The notes under the pieces are model-generated. The model worked only from the letters and a program-made list of their open reading frames with translations. It was not told where the DNA came from and did not search any database. This document shows positions 10,340 to 18,600 of a DNA stretch of 64,000 nt, in pieces. Positions within the stretch are counted from its first letter, which is position 1. The number at the start of each line of letters is the position of its first letter. The stretch is taken from assembly GCA_918797485.1 (NCBI GenBank), contig CAKKNE010000001.1, forward strand, positions 3,658,001 to 3,722,000. Reading direction: 5' to 3'. Both the position numbers and the translations under genes were made by a program. The stretch is from Pelagomonas calceolata. Lineage: Eukaryota.

Positions 10340-11370
10340 CTAGCGGCGGTCGTCGCGGCGGTCGTAGTCGTCGCGCCCGCGGTCGCGGCGGTCGTAGTCG
10401 TCCCGGCCGCGGTCGCGGCGGTCGTAGTCGTCGCGCCCGCGGTCGCGGCGGTCGTAGTCGTCCCGGCCGCGGTCGCGGCGGTCGTAGTCGTCCCGGCCGC
10501 GGCGGTCGTCGTAGCGGTCGCGCGGGCGGTAGCGCTCGACGCCTGCGCAGGAAATAAGCGCAAGGGCAAAAGCGCAGGGGACGCCGCCGGACGCGCGATC
10601 ACGATCATCGTAGCCTCTGCGGTCGTAGCCGCGGTCGCGGTCCCGGCGGTCGTCGTAGCGGTCGTCGCGGCGGCCGAAGTAGTCCCGCTCCTTCTCGACG
10701 CCGCCGGAGACCTCGACGGCGCGGTACTTGTTGCGGCGGTCGTCGAAGACCTCCTCGTACTCGACCTTGGCATCCTTCTCGAGGCAGTTGCCTGATGGAG
10801 AAGCAGAGTGGTGAGTGGTTAGTAATATGTATACATTGCAAGGAAGTGGCAAAATTTTCATTTTGACATAGCGGGGAGTGATTTGACAAAGGAAGATATG
10901 GTATTTTCGAAGATATGGCGCAGCGGGAAGATATCTTTGTCGGAAGATATGGCGCAGCGGGACAGAAAACCAAGCAACCACACATGGTATGTTGTCTCAG
11001 CAGCAGCGAGCGCAGCATCATTCCCCCGGCGCGTGTCTCAATAGCAGAGAAACATCCCCAAAATTGTATTTGAAGTGGCTCAACTCAATAGCGGAGAAGC
11101 ATATCTAGGACACCGCATGAAACCGTCGCGGATCTGCGTCGCGTGGCAGAAGAGGTCGTCGCCCTGGCCGTCGTCGGGGCGGATGAAGCCGAAGCCCTTG
11201 TGGTTCCAGGCGACGCAGACGCCCGCCTTGCGCGGGCCGCCCTCGCCGCCGAACTCGCCGCGCTTGGGCGCGCCGCCGGCGTCGCGCGCGCCGGGGCTGC
11301 GCGAGCGCCGCGGCGGGGAGCGCGAGCGCGGGCGCGGCTCTTCTCTACGCGGAGGCGAGCGATCAGCCAT
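10340..11370 (-). CDS. Cold-shock-domain RNA-binding protein with RS N-terminus and RD-rich repeats (spliced)
   Basis: WNHKGFGFIRPDDGQGDDLFCH joins GNCLEKDAKVEYE..KYRAVEV across GT-AG intron 10792-11123 (TACTAAC branch site at 10818-10824); possible second short in-frame intron near 10543-10600. Confidence 0.85.
10345..10500 (-). repeat. Coding tandem repeat, 30-bp unit (RRDRGRDDYD), about 5 copies
   Basis: Near-identical units gcggtcgtagtcgtc(g/c)cg(c/g)ccgcggtcgcg. Confidence 0.9.
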
Positions 11371-11434
11371 CTTTGGTTGTGTGAGAGGCTGGGAGGCTGT
11401 TTGTGGCAGCCGAAATCTCGCGCGCCAGTCGACC

Positions 11435-11456
11435 CTAGCGTCGAGTAACACACTAG
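11435..11456 (+). promoter_or_regulatory. CTAG element in divergent promoter
   Basis: CTAG CGTCGAGTAACACA CTAG. Confidence 0.7.
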
Positions 11457-11627
11457 CTCTCACACAAGACTCTCAAAGAGGCACAGCAAGCGCGAGGCGC
11501 GCCCGCGCTTAGAAACGTAGTTTCGCCGCTTATTCGTTTGCGTGGAACGCCCACAAAAGGCTGCAGCCATCGCTGCCGCCTCGCAGCCAGGCACCAGAGC
11601 AAAACTAGGCACAGAGCAAACCCGAGC

Positions 11628-13973
11628 ATGGGCCGCGAGAAGGCCGCGCGCAAGGCCCACGGGGCCCTCAAGACCCAGTCCTTCACGGGCCCCGGCGCGC
11701 GCCAGGCGCTGGGCCAGTCTATTAAATCCAAACTGCACCTGAGCGCGGACGAGCAGAAGCTCGCGGACAAGGGCCACATTTTGGACGAGAAGGGCGACGC
11801 GTGGTGGCGTCGGATCGGCTACGCTGATTCTAGGGAGGAGTTCCTGAAGTTCTGGACAGCTTTAAGGCCGGAGTTCCGCGAGGGCCCCGTGCCGCCGCCC
11901 GACGGGACCACTTGTAAAAGGTGCAAGATGCACGTCAATCTCAGTCGAAAACCTGTGACGCGCAACAACGTCCACCGCTCGCGCAAGAACTGCGACGGCG
12001 GCTGCTGGGGCCAGGAGAGCGTCACGCTCATCAGGTTGTGGTGCGAGACACATGAATTAAGGGCTGAAGATACGAAGAAGACCTTCGGCACGTATTCGCG
12101 GGAGGCCCAGGGCTGCCCCTACCAGAATAAGGACGTCGTGCCGTCCGAAGCGCTGGAACAGGCTCTTAAGGGTAGGGGAGAGCTGTGCCAACACGGCGAG
12201 GCGTGGGCGCGGAGAATCGGCGCCTCGGATGACCCAGACAAATTAAAAGCGTTCACGGCGCTGTGGTGGGACCTCGCGCCCCAGTTTAGGAGTTGGGACG
12301 TGCCACCGGACGACGGGCGGAAGTGCGCGCAATGCGCGTGCATTTTTCGTTTGGGATTTTATCGAGGGACGAAGTGGCGCGACCGGTGCGAGTGCAACAA
12401 GGGCGCCAAAAGATTAGCGGACGAGTGGAAGCTCATGGGCTACGAGTGCTACCAGAAGGGCCTGCGGGAGAAGGAGCTCGTGAAGCCCGTGCAGCAAGCT
12501 CGCAAGAAGAAGGACGCGCCCGCCTCGCCGCGCATCGAGGCCGTCGCGCCGGACGTAGCGATCGACGAGCTGGAGCTCCACGTCAAAGATGGTGAAATGA
12601 AGGAGGAGCCCTCTCCGGTCGTTGTGAGGAAGAAGAAGGCAAAAAAAAAGACGAACGTGGACCTCGCGGCGCAGCTCTTCGCCGGGCCGCCGCAGGCGCG
12701 GGATTTGGTTGGTGTTGCTGGTTCCGTTGAGACGGCGCCTCCACCCACAGAGAGTCCCTGGGCGGCGCCACCGCTTTCACCAGCGGAGGACCCGCCGCTG
12801 CCGTCAAAGCCGCCACAGCTGCCTTCACCAGTACGCCCGCGCCAGAACTCGTGGAACCCCGCCGAGGACCCGCCTCTGCCAGAGCCCGGAGCGCCGCCTC
12901 CACAGCCCCCGGAGCCGATCCCGAGCGCCATCTACGAGCCGCCGCCTGCGCAACGTGAGGAGCCCAAGAAGACGGGCACGGTCATTTGGTTTCATCCTAT
13001 AAAAAATCAGGGCTTCATCAAGCCCGACGACGGGAGCGCGGACATCTGGCTCCACGGCGACGGCGTGCGGCCCGGCGTCGTCCTGAAAAAAGATGATAGG
13101 GTCTCGTACCGCGAGGAGGTGTATGGGAGGCAGGCCCGGTTGAAGGCTGTCGATGTGGGCAAGTACCGGCCCGCAGCGAAGCCGACGCGGCAACGTTCGC
13201 TGCGCGCGCCGCCGCCACAGTTCGACGCGGCTTTGGAAAGGGCGCTGGCGGAGTCCGCCGACGCCTACGCGCACCACCAGGCGCCCCCGACCGCGAATGA
13301 CGAAGACGACGAGCTGCAGCGCGCTTTAAAGGCCTCGGCCGACGAGTTCGCGGACGAGCAGCGCCGCCGCGCGGCACAGGACGAGCAGCGGCGCCGCGCG
13401 GCCCAGGCGGCAGCGCCAGCGCCGCAGTACAACTCGGCGCCGGCGCCACAGTACGACCCGCCCTACGTGCCTCCTCACGAGCCGCGGCGGTCCCTCGCGG
13501 ACCTCGCGGGCCCGCCCCATAATAATGGATACGCGCACGTCGACGACGATCTGGCAAGGGCCCTCGCGGCGTCGCGCGAGGCCGAGGAGATCGACGCGCG
13601 GCGCCGCCGCGACCTCGCGGCCGCCGAGGAGCGGCTCCGCGCGGCGCGCCTCGCGGCGGCGCCGCCGCCGGCCGCGCCGCCGGCGCCGCCGGGCCTGCCG
13701 CCCGGCTTCGGCGGGGGCCCGCCGCCGGGCCTGCCGCCGGGCCTCGCCGGCTTCCCGGCCGCGCCCAAGCTCCCGCGCGACCCGCTCGCGGCGTTCCTGG
13801 ATGGGGCCGGCATGGGCCGCTACCTCGGCCTCTTCCGCGACGAGGAGATCCGGACCCTGGAGGACTTCCGCCTGCTGACGGCCCAGGACCTCCACGACAT
13901 CGGCCTCCCGCCGCACGACGCCGCCGTGCTCCACCAGCGCACGGCCGCGCACTACCTCGCGAACGGGCTCTAG
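11628..13973 (+). CDS. Multidomain protein: duplicated Cys-rich domain + cold-shock domain + UIM-like motifs + SAM domain
   Basis: GTVIWFHPIKNQGFIKPDDGSADIWLH (CSD); DDELQRALKAS and DDDLARALAAS (UIM); FLDGAGMGRYLGLFRDEEI..LLTAQDLHDIGL (SAM). Confidence 0.8.
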   Translation: MGREKAARKAHGALKTQSFTGPGARQALGQSIKSKLHLSADEQKLADKGHILDEKGDAWWRRIGYADSREEFLKFWTALRPEFREGPVPPPDGTTCKRCKMHVNLSRKPVTRNNVHRSRKNCDGGCWGQESVTLIRLWCETHELRAEDTKKTFGTYSREAQGCPYQNKDVVPSEALEQALKGRGELCQHGEAWARRIGASDDPDKLKAFTALWWDLAPQFRSWDVPPDDGRKCAQCACIFRLGFYRGTKWRDRCECNKGAKRLADEWKLMGYECYQKGLREKELVKPVQQARKKKDAPASPRIEAVAPDVAIDELELHVKDGEMKEEPSPVVVRKKKAKKKTNVDLAAQLFAGPPQARDLVGVAGSVETAPPPTESPWAAPPLSPAEDPPLPSKPPQLPSPVRPRQNSWNPAEDPPLPEPGAPPPQPPEPIPSAIYEPPPAQREEPKKTGTVIWFHPIKNQGFIKPDDGSADIWLHGDGVRPGVVLKKDDRVSYREEVYGRQARLKAVDVGKYRPAAKPTRQRSLRAPPPQFDAALERALAESADAYAHHQAPPTANDEDDELQRALKASADEFADEQRRRAAQDEQRRRAAQAAAPAPQYNSAPAPQYDPPYVPPHEPRRSLADLAGPPHNNGYAHVDDDLARALAASREAEEIDARRRRDLAAAEERLRAARLAAAPPPAAPPAPPGLPPGFGGGPPPGLPPGLAGFPAAPKLPRDPLAAFLDGAGMGRYLGLFRDEEIRTLEDFRLLTAQDLHDIGLPPHDAAVLHQRTAAHYLANGL

Positions 13974-14111
13974 CGGCCTTCTCGTGGGCTCGAGGACACT
14001 ACCCACCTCGGACTGGGCGTATTATCCCACCCCGGAGCTTAGCTATGTAATGGTTTTACTTGGACTTGTCTTTGTCGCGCCTCGTGCCGTACTTGGGAGT
14101 GTGTCAGGAGC

Positions 14112-15242
14112 CTAGGCGTTACTCGCCTCGCGGGCGCGGTGCGCTTCTCGTGACAGCCGCATGGAGCCCTCCAGCGACCGCACGAGCGGATGTGCGCCGC
14201 CGAGCACGCGCCGGGCGGTCTGTTCAATCTCTTCGAGCGTCGCCACGGCCTCGCGGAGATCGTCGAGCGTAGCGTCGGGGATCAGGTAGAGCGCCTCCGC
14301 GAATATCTTTCTCATCGTGAGCGTGATTCGATCACTCTCTCCGAGAATGCGCCGCGCCACGGGCATCATCTTGCGCAGCACCGACTTGGCTTCTTCGAAG
14401 CGCTTGAGTTCACTGAGGGAATTCGCGTAGTTGTTGGCTGAGGCGAGGGTTTGTCTATGTTCTACGCCGATGAGCTTTAAACGTCTAGAGTATATATCTT
14501 CTCGCAGGCAAAGGGCCTCTTCAAGCCGCCCAAGCTCTCCATATGTGCACGCAAGATTGCCCTGCATGGCGAGCACGTTGTACTCTGAATCGCCAACGCG
14601 CCGCAGCATAGCCAACAGGGCCTCTTTCACGGACAACGCGTCCTCGTGGTGTTCTGCCTCGGATAAACCGCTCCCAAGCAGGCTCATCGCGCTTCTCGGA
14701 GACCGGTCAGTCTCCGGCCGCCCCACGTACGTCTTCCAGCATGCCCATCCGAGCGCGCACTTCACGACGCCATGGTATTCTTGCTCGCACAGACTGCACG
14801 TGTACCACCGATCCCACCTCTCTATCTTCACCTTCCAGTCCAAATTGTTCTCCTCGGCCTCCGTGAACCAAATCTTCGCCTCCTCCGCCAAGCACGACAC
14901 GTGCGCAAAGCCTGCTGTCCCGCGGCACGAGCACCCGCGCACGAGACCCTCCTTGGTGTGTCGATGAAGAGCCTCCGTGCAGATGTAGCACGTCTGGCCC
15001 TTCGTGTCGTCCGCGCATTTCTCGGCCGCGACCGCGACGGCCTCCGAGTACTTCTTATTCGCATTGTACTGCTCCGCGCCACCAGCCTTTTTTATTTTCT
15101 TGCAGAGCTGGTCGTGGCCGCCTTCTTTCCAATGCTGCACCTGGCATTCGGGCCCACAGTAGCGCGTGCTGCAGCGGCCGCATTTCTTGCCCAAGGTTAG
15201 CCCAAGGTCGGTGGCGCAGACGGCGCACTGCGTGAGGATCAT
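14112..15242 (-). CDS. MYND zinc finger + RING-CH (RINGv) + kinesin-light-chain-type TPR protein
   Basis: CAVC..CGRCSTRYCGPECQVQHWK..H..C; CYIC..CSCRGTAGFAHVSC..W..CSLC; LG.EH..TL..ANNYA TPR repeats. Confidence 0.9.
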   Translation of the reverse strand: MILTQCAVCATDLGLTLGKKCGRCSTRYCGPECQVQHWKEGGHDQLCKKIKKAGGAEQYNANKKYSEAVAVAAEKCADDTKGQTCYICTEALHRHTKEGLVRGCSCRGTAGFAHVSCLAEEAKIWFTEAEENNLDWKVKIERWDRWYTCSLCEQEYHGVVKCALGWACWKTYVGRPETDRSPRSAMSLLGSGLSEAEHHEDALSVKEALLAMLRRVGDSEYNVLAMQGNLACTYGELGRLEEALCLREDIYSRRLKLIGVEHRQTLASANNYANSLSELKRFEEAKSVLRKMMPVARRILGESDRITLTMRKIFAEALYLIPDATLDDLREAVATLEEIEQTARRVLGGAHPLVRSLEGSMRLSREAHRAREASNA

Positions 15243-15306
15243 CTTGTATGTTTAAATCGCTCGGGGGCAGCCCTACGAGGCAATCAAAGCCGTTTTTCGG
15301 TGCATG

Positions 15307-15328
15307 CTAGTATGTTACCGAACGCTAG
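15307..15328 (-). promoter_or_regulatory. CTAG element in divergent promoter
   Basis: CTAG CGTTCGGTAACATA CTAG (minus). Confidence 0.7.
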
Positions 15329-15371
15329 CCCAGTTTTTGCGCGCGCCTGTCTTGGATTTTGGCCAGCATCG

Positions 15372-16352
15372 ATGGTGGTTTTTACATTCCTAGCGCTGCT
15401 GGGCAGCAGCACCGCTTTCGAGTACGGAGAGCTCGCATCATTCGTGAGGCGTCACGGCGGACGAGTCCACCGGTCACTGGCGCTGGCAGACCCAGCCCCG
15501 TGTGGGTCGCGCGGCCTCGTCGCGGAGAAGCCCATCCCTGAAACCGACGCGCGCACGGGACCGCTCGTCGTCGTCCCGGCGTCGCTCGAGATAAATGCGG
15601 GGCGCGCTAGAACGGCGATGGCGAACGTGCCTGGCATCGGAGAACTGGACAACGGCGCGGTCGTTGTGCTTTGGCTGGCCGCGCTAGACGCGGAGCGACG
15701 GCGTTCCCGCGAGGACACATTCTGGGGCCCGTACCTGCGAAGCCTGCCGCAGGACATTTTAGAATTACCCAACGGGTGGGCGCCGTTAATAAGCGGCGAC
15801 TCGGCGAGATACGCAGCTCTCCTGGATGCCGCGGCGCGGGGCGACGCTGCAAAACGAGAGACGTGCCATCAGGAGGCCGAGCGCGCGGCGGCCTACGCGT
15901 CGCGCGTCTCGCACGGTCTGGCGCGAGACTTTGGGCAGCATACTGGAGTCGACGCCGCCGACCTGTGCTGGGCGCTGGGCGTCGTGTCCAGTCGGGCCAT
16001 GGGCGGCGGCGAGAACCCTACACTGGTACCGCTTCTCGACCTGTGCAACCACGACAAGGCGGGCGCGCCCTTCACGTCCTTCGACACGTCGGGCGCGCGC
16101 GTCGCGGCGCGGCTCAGCGCGCGGAAACGGCGGTCCGGCGACACGTCGTCGAAGAGTGCGAGGACGGCGGTGACGGCTGAGAACTGGCGCAGCGACGGCG
16201 ACGACTGGTGTTTGTGGAGCTGGCGGAGCGGGACCGCGCGGGCGCTCGCGGCCGGCGACGAGATCTACGCCGACTACGCGCCGGAATATATCGAAGCCGG
16301 CGAGTGGTTCGCAAACACTGGCTTCGTGCCGCCGCCCACGCCGGATGAATAG
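15372..16352 (+). CDS. SET-domain (Rubisco LSMT-like) methyltransferase, signal peptide
   Basis: RGLVAEKPI, FWGPYLRSLP, WALGVVSSRA, LVPLLDLCNH and AGDEIYADY motifs. Confidence 0.85.
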   Translation: MVVFTFLALLGSSTAFEYGELASFVRRHGGRVHRSLALADPAPCGSRGLVAEKPIPETDARTGPLVVVPASLEINAGRARTAMANVPGIGELDNGAVVVLWLAALDAERRRSREDTFWGPYLRSLPQDILELPNGWAPLISGDSARYAALLDAAARGDAAKRETCHQEAERAAAYASRVSHGLARDFGQHTGVDAADLCWALGVVSSRAMGGGENPTLVPLLDLCNHDKAGAPFTSFDTSGARVAARLSARKRRSGDTSSKSARTAVTAENWRSDGDDWCLWSWRSGTARALAAGDEIYADYAPEYIEAGEWFANTGFVPPPTPDE

Positions 16353-16365
16353 TGTTAATAAAATG

Positions 16366-16917
16366 TTAAATACAGTAGTAGATCGCGGCGACACAGGCGA
16401 GCGCGATCGTCGCGTCAAGGCTTGGCATCAGCTTGTTGCCGTTCGCGACGGCAGCGGCCTTGTATGCGACCAGCGGGAACACGAGTGCCAATGCAAGATC
16501 TCGTCGCGGCTCCGTCGCCAGCAACGGCTCGAACTCCTCCGCCTGAGCCGCGGCGGCGGCGGCGGCCGTGGCCGCGGCGGCGGCGCGCGCCGGCAGTTTT
16601 GCCAGCTCGTTCTCGGCGAAGTAGTACTGCCGCGCGTCGGGCGGGTCCAGATCGACGGTAACAGCCGCAGCCTCCTCGGCCAGCTCCGCACAACAACAAT
16701 GCGGGTCTTCTTCGCATTTCTCCCACGCGTCGGCGACGGTGCCTGTCCTCCCTCGCAAGTCCTGGCCGCGCGACATGACGCTCTCTATGATTTTTACGCG
16801 GTCACCGGCCTTAAACCAAGTGACGGAGGAACTATCTCGCATGACAATCCGCTGGCGCGTCATGCGTAGCGCCGGCGCCAGCACGATCGGCAAGAGGATC
16901 AATTTGGCTGCTGCCAT
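16366..16917 (-). CDS. Hypothetical, probably plastid-targeted SH3-like protein (resembles the FTR variable subunit) with a Cys cluster
   Basis: Signal peptide; FKAGDRVKI..DLRGRTGTV..WEKCEEDPHCCCAEL..VTVDL..FAENEL. Confidence 0.55.
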   Translation of the reverse strand: MAAAKLILLPIVLAPALRMTRQRIVMRDSSSVTWFKAGDRVKIIESVMSRGQDLRGRTGTVADAWEKCEEDPHCCCAELAEEAAAVTVDLDPPDARQYYFAENELAKLPARAAAAATAAAAAAAQAEEFEPLLATEPRRDLALALVFPLVAYKAAAVANGNKLMPSLDATIALACVAAIYYCI

Positions 16918-17068
16918 TGTGCTGCTGCAGCTGCCGTGTCTGCCGGCGCACGAATGCAGTCCAGGCTTCTTATGGGTGCAGTGCGGCTGCGAGAACACCG
17001 TCTGCCGAACCTCTGGCGTTCAAGAGGCGCCAGTGCCACAGCTCTTTTGCACTGCAGTGGCTTGCTTG

Positions 17069-17090
17069 CTAGTGCCTTACGTTACGCTAG
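17069..17090 (-). promoter_or_regulatory. CTAG element in divergent promoter
   Basis: CTAG CGTAACGTAAGGCA CTAG (minus). Confidence 0.7.
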
Positions 17091-17159
17091 CTCTCGCCTC
17101 TTTTGCTCAGCCTTCAAAGTCCGCCAAAATGGACATTCACAGGCCGTGAATTCGCACAA

Positions 17160-18215
17160 ATGCACCCATCAACCATTGCCCTCCTTTGCCTCTGCGGCAG
17201 TCGAGCCCTGCGACCACCATCACCCGTGTTCACACAACGCCGTCGATGCAGCCACAGCGCCACACCGCGAGGCTTCGGCAGCACTCCTACGAAGACCAAA
17301 AAAAAGAAAGCAAAACGCGAGGGCCTCTTCCGCGTCGAGCTGCGCCACGCCGACGGCGTTGGCGCCGCGATGGGGGCGTCGGCCGCGGCCGTCGGATGGG
17401 AGAGCGACACAAATGAGGCCACGCGGACCGACGTGGCGGGCGTACCCGGCGCATTCGTCATCCGCAACGCGCTCACGCCGAAGGAGTGCGACCGCCTCGC
17501 GGCGCTCGCCAATGAAGCCGGCTTCGAGGAAGCGCCAAAAGACGAGCGCCGCGACCAGCAGAACGGCGCCGTGAGCCTCGCCGTGGATCTGGATCCCGTG
17601 TTCCGGCGGTGCGCGCCCCTGTTGCCGCCGCGCGTGCTCGCGTACCGCGCCGCGGCGACGGCGGACCGTTGGGCCGCGCCCGGCGGAACGGAGCGGAGGC
17701 GGTGCCCCGGCGCGCCCGAGGGCCTCTACGAGTTGTCAGGATTGAACCCGCGGCTGCGCGTCTACCGCTACCGCGCGGACTCGGGGGACGTCTTCCGGCC
17801 GCACCGCGACGACTGCTGGCCCGGGTCGACGCTTGCTGGGACGGTGCTGAGCGAGGACGGCTGGGCCTACGCCGCGGACCGACGAGGACGGTGGGCCTTC
17901 CGGCCGGGTGTAGATCGGGTCTCGCACCTGTCCATGCTCCTCTACCTGACGGACGACTGCGAGGGCGGCGCGACGACTTTTTTTGATGATGATGGAGGCC
18001 CGCCCGTGCCCGTCGCCCCGGAGAAGGGCGCCGCCCTCTGCTTCTGGCAGTCGTTCAAGCTGGGCCGGGACGGCGTGCGCGACGCCGCGCTCGCGCCGGT
18101 GCACGAGGGCTCGCCGGTCACGGGCGGCGGCGCGAAGCTCGCGGTCCGGAGCGACGTCCTCTACGCTTTTCCCGTGGACGGCGAGGCGCCGGCGCCGGCT
18201 TCTTCTTCGGGGTAA
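17160..18215 (+). CDS. 2OG-Fe(II) oxygenase (prolyl-4-hydroxylase-like)
   Basis: LNPRLRVYRY, FRPHRD (HxD), LLYLTDDCEGGATTF, HEGSPV..K...RSD. Confidence 0.88.
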   Translation: MHPSTIALLCLCGSRALRPPSPVFTQRRRCSHSATPRGFGSTPTKTKKKKAKREGLFRVELRHADGVGAAMGASAAAVGWESDTNEATRTDVAGVPGAFVIRNALTPKECDRLAALANEAGFEEAPKDERRDQQNGAVSLAVDLDPVFRRCAPLLPPRVLAYRAAATADRWAAPGGTERRRCPGAPEGLYELSGLNPRLRVYRYRADSGDVFRPHRDDCWPGSTLAGTVLSEDGWAYAADRRGRWAFRPGVDRVSHLSMLLYLTDDCEGGATTFFDDDGGPPVPVAPEKGAALCFWQSFKLGRDGVRDAALAPVHEGSPVTGGGAKLAVRSDVLYAFPVDGEAPAPASSSG

Positions 18216-18427
18216 GTATTGTTTGTGTGTGACCTCTCGCGTGGGATCGGCGGCGGCTAGCTCTGCCTTGCTTGGAACTCGTATCCGCGACGACGACGCG
18301 GGGTCTCCTTGAGCTTGAAAGAACGGTGTATTTGCCGGGTCCCTTGAGACTTGAATCTCGCGTATCTATCCCCAGGGTGCTAAAAGAAGCGTGTAAGACT
18401 CTCGAAACCCGAACGAGCTCTAGCGAG

Positions 18428-18448
18428 CTAGCGGCAGTAAGATACTAG
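18428..18448 (+). promoter_or_regulatory. CTAG upstream element
   Basis: CTAG CGGCAGTAAGATA CTAG upstream of 18601. Confidence 0.7.
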
Positions 18449-18600
18449 CAAGTGTGAACCGGTCGGAGTCGTTGCGGCCTGCACAGGCTGCCCGACGCCG
18501 TATAAAAGGGCCGGGCGCCGTGCGGCTGCGACACTCGGTACCACGAAATCTGTCTCGCGGTCGTTGCGGGCCGCACCGGCTGCCCGACGCTGGATAAAAG

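Noticed and set aside
10543..10600. Possible second intron in the CSD gene ending TTCCTGCGCAG
   Set aside because: It is in frame without stops and has several candidate GC/GT donors, so it cannot be delimited without transcripts.
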